This document shows positions 18,561 to 27,705 of a stretch of 64,000 nucleotides of DNA, piece after piece; within the stretch, counting starts at the first letter, position 1; each line of letters starts with the position of its first letter. A program made the translations under genes and the position numbers. Source of the stretch: a virus; IMG/VR virus record IMGVR_UViG_3300034082_004296, positions 1 through 64,000 of that record; one strand, given 5' to 3'. Below the pieces are notes generated by a model, which made no database searches, was not told the origin of the DNA, and saw only the letters and a program-made list of their open reading frames with translations.

Positions 18561-18965
18561 TTAAGTTGTTTTATTTTTATTTCTTTCCTCTTTCTTCTGT
18601 TGATGGTGGGCATCACATAGGGTAAAATACCAGCCTAAATCCTTTCGTAGTTCTCCAGGCTCTCCGCAATCCTCACAGATAGTGTAACTTTCATGTTCAG
18701 CCTCAATAATCCTTTTATGAACCTCATCTGAACCTGTATTGATATAGAATCTAAGACCGCCGAACTTTTCCTTGACCTGAATGATCTGCTTATCCCAGCC
18801 AAGTTCAATTAGGTCCTCGATAAGCCTTTGAATTAAGGGATACCATCCCTCATTACAGTCAAAACTGCAAGAGTCCTTTATTTGAGGTCGATCTGGTCGC
18901 CAGCCGTTCTCAAGACCGCCAATCGATTCTAAATAAGCATCTAATTTTTCCTTAGGTGATTCCAT
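18561..18965 (-). CDS. hypothetical phage protein (QVKEKFGGLRFY type, Zn-binding)
   Basis: QVKEKFGGLRFY, CEDCG...TLCDAH; promoter TTTAAC-N17-TATAAT 18984-19012. Confidence 0.75.
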   Translation of the reverse strand: MESPKEKLDAYLESIGGLENGWRPDRPQIKDSCSFDCNEGWYPLIQRLIEDLIELGWDKQIIQVKEKFGGLRFYINTGSDEVHKRIIEAEHESYTICEDCGEPGELRKDLGWYFTLCDAHHQQKKEERNKNKTT

Positions 18966-19007
18966 TGAGTACCTTTTTTAGTTATTATACTCAATAATCT
19001 GATTAGG

Positions 19008-19901
19008 TTAAATAAATTTTACGTGCTTCTTTTCAACTAGTGACTCTAGGTCATAGTCTTCCATCTCTGAAACTATTGAACTGACTCCAAAGTCTTCTTC
19101 AAAATCGGTAGTTGCTGAGCCGACTAATTGAATGCTAGTGATTTGAGTCTCAATTGATGTGATCTCAATATCCTCGTCTGGTGGACTGTCGTATGAGCCT
19201 GAATAATACTTTCGAGTAAATTCAATCGCTGACGTAAAGTAGATTGCGATTTCAAATCGGCGAAGCTCTTTTTCTTTAAGTTGTTCATCTAGTTCAGGTC
19301 GACCGACATGGACACATTCAAAGGTTGCGTCCCACTCTACCTCTTCAGTATCGTAACTTTCACCATTGATTGCATCCATTAGCGAGTCATTAGGTATTTT
19401 CCAATCAAGTAGGATAACGTTAGATCCATCTTTAAATATAGCATCCAAGGCATCCTGAACTACTGTGTTCTCAATTGGCTGGTTTAGATCAGCTGATTCA
19501 AATAGGTAATCGTCTCCAAATATGTCCTTTTCAACTGAATTGAGAGCATCTGATATGTTAGTGTGTTTTAGAGTCTTCCAGTGGAATGGAGTCTTATTGT
19601 TGTTACGAACAATACTCAGTTTTCCAGGAGACTTGGAATTGATTGCAGCCTTTAAGGAGTCTTCGTCCTTCCAATTGATCCTTACTCCTTTTAGCTTCTT
19701 ATCGTCCTTGCGAATTCGATAAAAAGTGTCAGATAGAAACATCATCATTGCCCCAGGTCTGACTTCAGCACAACTGTTGACGTGAGCAGCATAGAGCATC
19801 TGCTCTCGACCCTTACCCTTAGGCTTACCCTTGATCAGGACTATTCCATTCTGTTTAACTGATTCGTTGATTGACCCAAAAGGTCTAATGTATTCCTTCA
19901 T
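19008..19901 (-). CDS. hypothetical virion cargo candidate
   Basis: MKEYIRPFGSINE leader; late promoter 19907-19914. Confidence 0.7.
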   Translation of the reverse strand: MKEYIRPFGSINESVKQNGIVLIKGKPKGKGREQMLYAAHVNSCAEVRPGAMMMFLSDTFYRIRKDDKKLKGVRINWKDEDSLKAAINSKSPGKLSIVRNNNKTPFHWKTLKHTNISDALNSVEKDIFGDDYLFESADLNQPIENTVVQDALDAIFKDGSNVILLDWKIPNDSLMDAINGESYDTEEVEWDATFECVHVGRPELDEQLKEKELRRFEIAIYFTSAIEFTRKYYSGSYDSPPDEDIEITSIETQITSIQLVGSATTDFEEDFGVSSIVSEMEDYDLESLVEKKHVKFI

Positions 19902-19963
19902 ATAAATATTTATCTCAGCTCTAATACTAATTTTAAAACCTATTTTAAGATAAATAAACTAAA

Positions 19964-20719
19964 TTGTCTAAAATTACATTGAAACATAAAGCGAATACTT
20001 TTAATCGGTGGATTAACGAAAAAGTTCAATATAATCGAGACCTTTGTCCTAAGTTTTGGGAAGAAGGTAAAATGGACCAGGCGATACGAGCAAAATTACT
20101 TGCAATTGCAGAAGATTTTTGGTCTTCATTAAAATTGGAGGTTCCGATCATGGATATTCAATTGACAGGTTCACTTGCTAATTTTAATTGGAACTCAGGA
20201 TCAGACTTAGACGTACACATAATAATTGACTTTTCCCAGATCGATGAAAACCTAGAGCTCGTTAGAAAAGCATTAGATGGCCAACGATTTATGTGGAACA
20301 TGCGTCATCCTGTAATTCTTAGAGGACATGACGTTGAATGTTATGTGCAACATAAGGATGAACAACACGTCGCGTCAGGCCTCTTCTCTATCCTTAGGGA
20401 CAAGTGGATAATCGTTCCTTCGTGGAATGAGCCCAACATTGATCAAAGGGATATCGATGAAAAGATTAGGGTCATTAAGTCTGAAGTTAAGATGATAAAG
20501 AAAAAATCAAAGTTTACTGAGGGCGAATCGGCTGAAGTATTATATGACTATTTAGAGAGATTTAAAAGAAAGATAATGAGCGACCGTCGAGAGGGATTGG
20601 CCAAGGGAGGAGAATTTGCAGTAGAAAACCTAGTCTTTAAAGAGCTACGCCGTGACGGAACGATTGAAGAAATAATTGAATTGCTTTCAGAAATATATTC
20701 TAAGATCTATTCTGAATGA
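19964..20719 (+). CDS. Pol-beta superfamily nucleotidyltransferase
   Basis: LTGSLANFNW...SDLDVH and DVECY; NTFNRWINE near N-terminus; late promoter 19949-19956. Confidence 0.75.
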   Translation: MSKITLKHKANTFNRWINEKVQYNRDLCPKFWEEGKMDQAIRAKLLAIAEDFWSSLKLEVPIMDIQLTGSLANFNWNSGSDLDVHIIIDFSQIDENLELVRKALDGQRFMWNMRHPVILRGHDVECYVQHKDEQHVASGLFSILRDKWIIVPSWNEPNIDQRDIDEKIRVIKSEVKMIKKKSKFTEGESAEVLYDYLERFKRKIMSDRREGLAKGGEFAVENLVFKELRRDGTIEEIIELLSEIYSKIYSE

Positions 20720-20745
20720 TAAATAATAAAAAATAAAAAGCGATC

Positions 20746-21516
20746 ATGCATAAGTATTTTAATTTTACAAAAATATTCGAAGCCGAGCAAATGGGCATGC
20801 CCCTTAGCCCAGAAGAAATGGGAACACCGGAAGCACCAATTGGATCTGTGCCTGATGAAAAGATCGAAGACTTTGCTCTATTAGCAAAAGAAAACCTTCT
20901 AGAGATCACAGTTACTAAAGACGACTTTGATAAGTTAAAGATGGGACAGTCTGTCCAAAAAACGGATGCTCAGTGGAAGAACAAAGAGAATGAGACTGAG
21001 ATAAAAGGAGTCAAGTTAGTAATCATAAATACTAAGAACGATACTTCTAAGAATGAACCAGACTCGTTAGTTTTCAATCTAGACGATACTTCTACTACTG
21101 ACATTATAGAAGGAATCAAGCTAGGAAACGTCACACAGGTTCTAAAGGGATTTGGACAGGACGGGACTGAGATTCCAGACATAACCGTTAGGTTTATCAA
21201 ATCAGTAGATATAGACACTTCACCTGACTTGGACACGGTTCCTGCAACACCTGAACAAGTGGAAAGCGGTGCGGTTTTACCAGAACCAGTCGAGGATGAT
21301 ATGCCTAACGAATCTAGAGGAATCATGAGTTTTAATCAATTTGTGAATGAGGGTAAGAAAAACCTAAAAGATGTATTGGATAAGAAGGGCAAGAAAAAAG
21401 AGGACTTAGACAAAACAAAAAAGGCAAAATCTGGTAAAAAATTCCCAGACATGAGCGGAGACGGTAAAGTCACTAAAAAAGACATCCTAATTGCTAAGGG
21501 AGTAATTAAAAAATAA
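20746..21516 (+). CDS. hypothetical virion cargo candidate
   Basis: YFNFTKIFE and IMSFNQFVNE motifs; C-terminal DMSGDGKVTKKD. Confidence 0.7.
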   Translation: MHKYFNFTKIFEAEQMGMPLSPEEMGTPEAPIGSVPDEKIEDFALLAKENLLEITVTKDDFDKLKMGQSVQKTDAQWKNKENETEIKGVKLVIINTKNDTSKNEPDSLVFNLDDTSTTDIIEGIKLGNVTQVLKGFGQDGTEIPDITVRFIKSVDIDTSPDLDTVPATPEQVESGAVLPEPVEDDMPNESRGIMSFNQFVNEGKKNLKDVLDKKGKKKEDLDKTKKAKSGKKFPDMSGDGKVTKKDILIAKGVIKK

Positions 21517-21523
21517 ATTAGAT

Positions 21524-22330
21524 ATGCGAATCAATGAATGTTCTTGTGGATGCGGAGGAAGCTCAGATAGCTGCAATATGAATAATAAAAAGGAATTAAA
21601 TTACATGTTCTTTGGAAACCTAGAGTCGATCAAGAGAATGATTGATGAAATGGTACAAATGGATGCCCATGAAGTAGATGAGATCTTAAATGATGGACAC
21701 GAATGGGCAGTAGATCATATAGCTTCTTCACTAGATGACGTACAGGAAGTATATAGTTTCATAAAGAATCGTGTATCTGTTCCACTAAAAAGAGAACGTG
21801 ATGTATTTTCAGAAGATGAGATATTTGTCAAGACTTTTGAAAGCTATGTAAATGAGGTATCGACTAAAAAATGGAGAGAGATTGAATCTGATGTTCGAGG
21901 AAGAGGATTAGGTGCATTTGCAGACAGAGTAGCGACTCACAGTAAGCAGCACGGAACGAGTCCTATTACTGAGATCAAGATGGTTTGTCGAAAATCTAAG
22001 GAAGAAGAAGTAAATCTTTCAGTAACTGGATTGGAAATTAAAAGCAGTTCAGAAAGTTCACCGCATTCAATTGTTAGTACTAGAAAAGACTTTAAAATGG
22101 TCGGTCGAGATTCTGATTGGGGATCAGTTTCAATTTATGCTTCTATCTATGGTGACGGTTCAATTGAAATGTACGAAAGCGGAAGAATACCTGTTCTTGT
22201 TGCTGATCGAAAAAACGCAAAAGATCTTATTGAGTTTCTAATATACGAGGGAATCATAGAAGACCCAAATAGTTTAGACTGGCGAAAGTTTACCATTGGA
22301 TATACTTCATTTGAAGAAGCATATCGATAA
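21524..22330 (+). CDS. hypothetical virion cargo candidate
   Basis: MRINE start, internal VKTFESYVNE. Confidence 0.7.
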   Translation: MRINECSCGCGGSSDSCNMNNKKELNYMFFGNLESIKRMIDEMVQMDAHEVDEILNDGHEWAVDHIASSLDDVQEVYSFIKNRVSVPLKRERDVFSEDEIFVKTFESYVNEVSTKKWREIESDVRGRGLGAFADRVATHSKQHGTSPITEIKMVCRKSKEEEVNLSVTGLEIKSSSESSPHSIVSTRKDFKMVGRDSDWGSVSIYASIYGDGSIEMYESGRIPVLVADRKNAKDLIEFLIYEGIIEDPNSLDWRKFTIGYTSFEEAYR

Positions 22331-22340
22331 TAAAAGATTT

Positions 22341-22367
22341 AAAAGCCGAGTTTAACTCGGCTTTTTT
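22341..22367. terminator. bidirectional intrinsic terminator
   Basis: aaaagccgag-tttaa-ctcggctttttt. Confidence 0.8.
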
Positions 22368-22370
22368 ATT

Positions 22371-22637
22371 TTATAGTAAATCAAACTTTGTTCCAAGTCT
22401 TTGCTCAAGCTCCTCAAGTGTGTACTTGTTTATAGCTAAATTCATAAGAGTTAGTTTTTCCTCTCTGATAAAGGATCCATCTAAGCCATTGTCTATTGAG
22501 TTGGGTTCAGATATCGAAACTTCTTCACGAATCTCATCAAGTTCGGATTTAGTAGCATAGTCTGTGATATAGTCCATCACATCTTCAAATTCGATATCGA
22601 CTCCAACCTCTTTATAAACTGTCAGTGATCTTCCCAT
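22371..22637 (-). CDS. hypothetical protein
   Basis: 88-aa ORF in operon. Confidence 0.6.
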   Translation of the reverse strand: MGRSLTVYKEVGVDIEFEDVMDYITDYATKSELDEIREEVSISEPNSIDNGLDGSFIREEKLTLMNLAINKYTLEELEQRLGTKFDLL

Positions 22638-22640
22638 CCC

Positions 22641-23030
22641 CTAGCTTTTAAATATTTGAGTTAATCGATCGAGTCCTGAAGAAGCAGTGTCTGAGAATCT
22701 TTGAAACTTTATCTTATATACATGAAACTCTTTTCCAGGAATCTTGATTCGCAATCGATCAAAAATATCTCTAAACTCTTCAGTGTGAGATTTTACATAC
22801 TGCCAAAAGATTCGTTCGTTCATTGGTGAAGTAAATTCCCAACGTGCATCGAAATATGTGCCGAGCTCGATAGTGGTCTCAGTCTCAAGATCTTCTAGGG
22901 ATACCCTAACCGCTCTTCGATAAGTACAATTATGATTGGGAATTCGCTTGAAATTAAGCAGTCGCCCATCAGGTAGCTCAATCGAATCCTCATAATAGAT
23001 ATCGATTAGTTTTTCCATTTCATCTGTCAT
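22641..23030 (-). CDS. hypothetical protein
   Basis: 129-aa ORF in operon. Confidence 0.6.
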   Translation of the reverse strand: MTDEMEKLIDIYYEDSIELPDGRLLNFKRIPNHNCTYRRAVRVSLEDLETETTIELGTYFDARWEFTSPMNERIFWQYVKSHTEEFRDIFDRLRIKIPGKEFHVYKIKFQRFSDTASSGLDRLTQIFKS

Positions 23031-23042
23031 ATTTATGGTGTG

Positions 23043-23252
23043 TTATTGATTACGTTTCCAATATAGTTCACCGTCTACATATATCTCCAAAACTTTGGAG
23101 TTTAAAGTAAGACGGCTACAATAGCCCTTAACATACTTGACCTTATCATAGATCAGTTTCTTACCGTTGTTCATCACCGCCATTACCTCAGATCCTCCAG
23201 GAGTAAGGCTAAGATCGTGTAATCGGTGTTCATCTTTTACTCTAATTGACAT
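23043..23252 (-). CDS. hypothetical protein
   Basis: 69-aa ORF. Confidence 0.6.
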   Translation of the reverse strand: MSIRVKDEHRLHDLSLTPGGSEVMAVMNNGKKLIYDKVKYVKGYCSRLTLNSKVLEIYVDGELYWKRNQ

Positions 23253-23329
23253 AATTCTAATATTTTTTTAAAACCATTCATCTAAACTGGGGAACAGCTT
23301 AAGATAAATAACTAAAATAATTATACACA

Positions 23330-23920
23330 ATGCCAGGTAGAGTTTTAAATTTTTTAGAATTTTCTGATAAATATTCTAACGCAAGCAGCGAACCGACTAG
23401 CATAGACGACTTAACAGGAGCAGCCGCAAATTTCGAAGAAGGCTTCGATGACGAAACATATGACCAACCACAAATAGGACCGAACAGACCTGTTTCTGGA
23501 AGCTATGAAGCAACTCCGTCTAAACCTGGAGAAGAAGGATCTCCTGCATTCTCAGCAAGCAACACTGAAGAGATGAATGCTCCAAAAGAGGAGGAAGAAG
23601 ATGAGACTGAGGAATCAGAAGAATCTGAAGAAGAAGAATCTGAAGAATCTGAAGAAGTAGAGGAAGGAAATCCTGAAGCTGGTGCAAATCCTAAAAAGAA
23701 AGTTGAAGAAGGATTTTCTTTATTAAAAGGATTTTCAAAGTTTATAAATGAAGAATATGAAGATCATGGTGACTATCCAAGTCTTTTTGATGAATATGCT
23801 GAGGAAGAAGAAGAAGAAGAGGAATACTACGATGAAGAAGAAGATGATGATGCTTGTCCGACATGTGGAGAAGCTCCAATCTCAAACGAGTACGGATACT
23901 CTTGTGGATGCAACATGTAA
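23330..23920 (+). CDS. highly acidic putative prohead core / cargo protein
   Basis: Glu-rich tracts, VLNFLEF and KGFSKFINE motifs, C-terminal CPTC..CGC; late promoter 23303-23310. Confidence 0.7.
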   Translation: MPGRVLNFLEFSDKYSNASSEPTSIDDLTGAAANFEEGFDDETYDQPQIGPNRPVSGSYEATPSKPGEEGSPAFSASNTEEMNAPKEEEEDETEESEESEEEESEESEEVEEGNPEAGANPKKKVEEGFSLLKGFSKFINEEYEDHGDYPSLFDEYAEEEEEEEEYYDEEEDDDACPTCGEAPISNEYGYSCGCNM

Positions 23921-23940
23921 AAAATCTTTAAGTTTTAGAA

Positions 23941-24543
23941 ATGGAACAGTTTACCCCAATCGTCATTGCTTTCATAACTGGAGTATTAGGCCCGGTCTTG
24001 ATTATACTAATTAAAAATCGACTAGATAAAATAGCTAAACCGGACATGTTAACTGATGCTCTTAAGACTGGTGAACTAGTTACTGCACGTATTGATCACA
24101 TAAGAGAAGATTTTAAAGCTGATCGAGTATGGATCTCTCAGTTCCATAACGGAGGGCACTTTTATCCAACTGGCAAGTCAATCGCTAAATTTAGCGTGAT
24201 TTATGAAACTGTTTCTGCAAATACACAATCAATTCAAAGCAATTTTCAAAACATTCCAGTAAATCTATTTACTAAATCAATGAATAGGTTATTAGAGGAA
24301 GATACGATTGAGATACCTGACTATAAAGATGAGACTATTCCTACATATGGCCTTAAGTATATTGCAGAAGAGTCTAATTGTAAATCTAGTTATCTTTTTT
24401 CGATAAAAACAATAGATGATAAATTTATAGGAGTCTTAGGCGTAGACTTTACTAAAAGAAAGACTAGACTTGATCAAGAAGATATTAATCACCTAATCGT
24501 TCACTCTTCCTCTTTGGGCGGAGCCTTAATGAGCACACACTAA
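23941..24543 (+). CDS. N-terminal TM plus GAF-like domain protein (possible holin)
   Basis: single TM then RVWISQFHNGG...FIGVLGVDF; architecture like T4 holin T. Confidence 0.5.
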   Translation: MEQFTPIVIAFITGVLGPVLIILIKNRLDKIAKPDMLTDALKTGELVTARIDHIREDFKADRVWISQFHNGGHFYPTGKSIAKFSVIYETVSANTQSIQSNFQNIPVNLFTKSMNRLLEEDTIEIPDYKDETIPTYGLKYIAEESNCKSSYLFSIKTIDDKFIGVLGVDFTKRKTRLDQEDINHLIVHSSSLGGALMSTH

Positions 24544-24546
24544 GAT

Positions 24547-24741
24547 ATGAAGAGACTCGTAGAAAACTTTAGAGAGTTTCTAGATCTAGCTAAGATCAAT
24601 CAAGGACCGGATGGATGGACAATCTATGGAGCCAATCCCAAAAAGAAAAAGCGAAAGCTTAAAACTCGTCGTCCTCATCGTCTAGGTCGAATTGATCTTG
24701 AAAAGAGAGACGAGGATTTATCGGAGAATACTCCCAATTAA
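24547..24741 (+). CDS. small basic protein
   Basis: MKRLVENFREF leader-like start; overlaps convergent ORF by 83 nt. Confidence 0.45.
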   Translation: MKRLVENFREFLDLAKINQGPDGWTIYGANPKKKKRKLKTRRPHRLGRIDLEKRDEDLSENTPN

Positions 24742-24916
24742 GTAGAACATCATCTAGTTCTTCATCGATAGAGATTAGAGTTTGAAAATAGGAAGAATCA
24801 TCTGACCCTTTTCCAATAATAATATTTTCTCTAATCATATCTATTTTCTTAATAATAGAATCAGTTAGTTCCTTTTTTAGAGCAGCCGATGCTGCCATAA
24901 CATCTTTTTCTTTCAT
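24659..24916 (-). CDS. hypothetical acidic protein
   Basis: TAAAAC-N18-TATAAT promoter (24922-24951) ends 5 nt before ATG. Confidence 0.6.
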   Translation of the reverse strand: MKEKDVMAASAALKKELTDSIIKKIDMIRENIIIGKGSDDSSYFQTLISIDEELDDVLLNWEYSPINPRLSFQDQFDLDDEDDEF

Positions 24917-24985
24917 GGTTTATTATATCTCAAAACGGTAGATAAGTTTTAGAATAAATAACATTATAAAATAAACCTTTGAAAT

Positions 24986-25450
24986 ATGCGAATTAAGAGA
25001 CTTTATGAGGCTGATGATATTCAACAGATGCCTATGAACGGACAAGCACCAGCTGCAATGCCTCAAGCTGCACCACAAATGCCAGACATGGCTCCACCAA
25101 CTCCAGTACAATCACCGGCGGAGATGATGCCAGATTTTAGCTTTGAGGAAGAGCCACATGGAAAAAAAGAAGACCCGCAAGAGGCTTTACCTCAGCCTGA
25201 TGTGATGAACTTGACTATTCAAGAACTAATGGATCGTTGCCAAAGCATCAATCCTTTGGTATGCATGGGATTGGAGCAATTTATCAACTCAAATAAGGAT
25301 GCAATCATGAGCCAAACTACAGGAGATTCTCCTGAAGAGGATGTATTAGATACTGAGACTGATCTTAACTTTTCAAAACAAATGGAACCACAAGCTCCTG
25401 AATTTTCACTAGATCAGCCGGCTGCAGAGTTAGACTTTCCACAAGAATAA
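24986..25450 (+). CDS. acidic Pro/Gln-rich late protein
   Basis: MRIKRLYE start; late promoter 24953-24960. Confidence 0.7.
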   Translation: MRIKRLYEADDIQQMPMNGQAPAAMPQAAPQMPDMAPPTPVQSPAEMMPDFSFEEEPHGKKEDPQEALPQPDVMNLTIQELMDRCQSINPLVCMGLEQFINSNKDAIMSQTTGDSPEEDVLDTETDLNFSKQMEPQAPEFSLDQPAAELDFPQE

Positions 25451-25453
25451 TCA

Positions 25454-26191
25454 GTGAAGATAGAATCGATTAAGATAATCGATGGTAAGAATCGATGGAG
25501 TGAGTCTAGGAAAAAGTTAGTTCATATAGTATTGGATTTAGGCAAATATGAAGAATTGCCTTCAAATAAAATACCTGGATTCTATGAAAGACTTAAGAAA
25601 TACATTCCGACTCTACAGAAACATCGATGCTCAGTAGGAAGAGCTGGAGGATTCTTTAAAAGGGTAAAAGAGGGTACATGGATGGGTCATATTATTGAAC
25701 ACATAGCCCTAGAACTTCAGACTCTTGCTGAAATGGAAACTGGATGGGGTAGAACAAGAGGAGTAAAAGGAAAGATTGGGATATACAATGTTGTTTTTGA
25801 ATATGTGGATGCAGACTGCGGAAAGACTGCGGCAAATGAAGCGATTCGGGTGGTTAAGGAAATAATCGCTGATCGTGATCCAAAGATAGATGGAATAGTC
25901 TCAAAATTAAAAAAGATGAAGAAAAAAAGATTAGACGAAGGTTTTGGTGCTATTTCAATGGAACCAGATACGGCAAAACGAATACTTGAACCTGATACCT
26001 CACGTGCAAGCGCTATGATGTTTTATTCGGGATCATCTGGGACCGTTCCAACTCACTGGAATAATTCTCCGTTCCTTGCGGGAAGAAGTGGGGGCAGCGC
26101 ATTCGGATCTAATCCTAGAGCAGACAAAAAGACTAGAGTAATGTCATACCAAGAATTTGTGGAGGCTCATAAGAAGTTTACGAATAAATAA
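25454..26191 (+). CDS. stand-alone cyanophycin synthetase N-domain protein
   Basis: residues 1-145 match CphA1 N domain: HRC59...EGTWMGH79IIE82H83IALELQ...GRTR; no ATP-grasp or Mur domains. Confidence 0.85.
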   Translation: MKIESIKIIDGKNRWSESRKKLVHIVLDLGKYEELPSNKIPGFYERLKKYIPTLQKHRCSVGRAGGFFKRVKEGTWMGHIIEHIALELQTLAEMETGWGRTRGVKGKIGIYNVVFEYVDADCGKTAANEAIRVVKEIIADRDPKIDGIVSKLKKMKKKRLDEGFGAISMEPDTAKRILEPDTSRASAMMFYSGSSGTVPTHWNNSPFLAGRSGGSAFGSNPRADKKTRVMSYQEFVEAHKKFTNK

Positions 26192-26209
26192 TAAAAAAGA
26201 GAGAATTAA

Positions 26210-26512
26210 ATGGCTTACGTAAAGAGTTTTAAGAGCTTTCAAAATGCTGAAGAAAAGGCATCCAAAGAGGTCGAAGCTGGTGCAAATCCTCAAATGATTA
26301 AGGAGGAGGACGTAATGCTGACCGACCCTACATTAAAGGACTTAAGCGCAAAGATATTACAATACAAGACTCAAATAAACCTTTGGGAAAAAGCAATCGA
26401 GGAACGTAAAAAAGTATTGGGCGATACTCTTGCCAAAAACGCAGCAGCCGCTCAAAACGCAGCTGCAAACCAGCCACAGGCACCAACTCCAACACCAGCA
26501 CCCACTGCATAA
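26210..26512 (+). CDS. hypothetical virion cargo candidate
   Basis: MAYVKSFKSFQNAE; late promoter 26183-26190. Confidence 0.65.
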   Translation: MAYVKSFKSFQNAEEKASKEVEAGANPQMIKEEDVMLTDPTLKDLSAKILQYKTQINLWEKAIEERKKVLGDTLAKNAAAAQNAAANQPQAPTPTPAPTA

Positions 26513-26955
26513 TGGAAAGAAAGATAAAAACATATCATCAATACATAAATGAATCGACTAAAGAAGTTGTATACCCAACTAATTTTAAAGGCATGGTACA
26601 GGGCGCACTTGGTGGACTATATACTTCGATTATGGCTATAGCTAGGGAGCTAGCAAATGAGAAGGCTGCCCGAAATCCAAGCAGATATGATGGTAATGTT
26701 CAGGAAGTTGACATCACCAGAGCAATGAACATGATCTTTCATAGTGATTGGAAAAAGAAGATGAAATCACAAGCGTTGGATCAAGTAATGAAGAGTTCAA
26801 TGGAAAGAGCCGGCAAGCAGGACACAGTAATAGCGAAAAAGAACCAACGAGCTATGGGTAGAATGATGGGGGACAAAGAATTTAACTTGAATGTTGATAA
26901 ATCGAGCGTTAGATTTAGTGACGAAAAAGGAAATGGTACTGGTAAAAATCAATAA
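26512..26955 (+). CDS. hypothetical virion cargo candidate
   Basis: KIKTYHQYINE leader. Confidence 0.7.
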   Translation: MERKIKTYHQYINESTKEVVYPTNFKGMVQGALGGLYTSIMAIARELANEKAARNPSRYDGNVQEVDITRAMNMIFHSDWKKKMKSQALDQVMKSSMERAGKQDTVIAKKNQRAMGRMMGDKEFNLNVDKSSVRFSDEKGNGTGKNQ

Positions 26956-26961
26956 TATAAG

Positions 26962-27696
26962 ATGACGGAACTACAGTTAATCACCGATATAAATGATGAG
27001 ATCACCTTCTCGGGTGCTTTACCTTACGGTCTTCCAGAAAAGGAAATCAAACGTATCATTGAAAACGATTCAAGATACTTTTGGGATAACTGGAGACATG
27101 CTGTTGAGAGCAGATATCTGCTTCTACCTTTAGAGCTATTTCAAAATGCTACGTTTAAGAAGTTTAGACAAATCCAATTACCTGACTGTGTACAGTTCGT
27201 TGTCGATTTTAAGGAGGCAAAGGGAGGATCCATCTTTGGGACAATTGATAGAGACTTTGCCGAACAGAAATTTATAGGTTCGGAGCTATTTTTAACTCCC
27301 TTCATTGGGGAGAGCATCATGTATAGGACAGTAATGTTCTCGTTTCTAGACATAACTAAAGCAATGGTTCTAGATACGATTGCGTATGATTATAATAAGA
27401 ACAGTAAACTTTTAGGTGTGGTAGGTAGAACTCCTAAAACAAATGCAGTAATTAAAGTATTTAAAAAACTGGACCAGGACAAGTTATTTGAAGACGAGAT
27501 GTTTCAACGATATGTTCGTGCTCATGCAAAGGTAAGACTTGCACATATGCTCCAGTCATTTGACTACACTTTACCTGGAGGAGTCAAGGTAAATTATCAA
27601 AATATCGTTACCGTTGCTGAAAAAGAAATGGAAGACGTTAAGGCGATGATGAAGGGCGAAAATACGCCCGATTGGTTTTATCTTACTAGACAATAA
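26962..27696 (+). CDS. neck protein (T4 gp13-like)
   Basis: C-terminal LPGGVKVNYQNIVTVAEKEMEDV resembles gp13 LPGGVTLNG motif. Confidence 0.6.
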   Translation: MTELQLITDINDEITFSGALPYGLPEKEIKRIIENDSRYFWDNWRHAVESRYLLLPLELFQNATFKKFRQIQLPDCVQFVVDFKEAKGGSIFGTIDRDFAEQKFIGSELFLTPFIGESIMYRTVMFSFLDITKAMVLDTIAYDYNKNSKLLGVVGRTPKTNAVIKVFKKLDQDKLFEDEMFQRYVRAHAKVRLAHMLQSFDYTLPGGVKVNYQNIVTVAEKEMEDVKAMMKGENTPDWFYLTRQ

Positions 27697-27705
27697 TTAT
27701 TTAAT

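Noticed and set aside
5267-20719. Phage-encoded CBASS (patatin plus nucleotidyltransferase)
   Set aside because: Genes are about 14 kb apart in separate units and CD-NTase-specific features cannot be shown by eye
23580-23850. GAA-rich microsatellite-like tracts
   Set aside because: Explained by poly-Glu coding sequence
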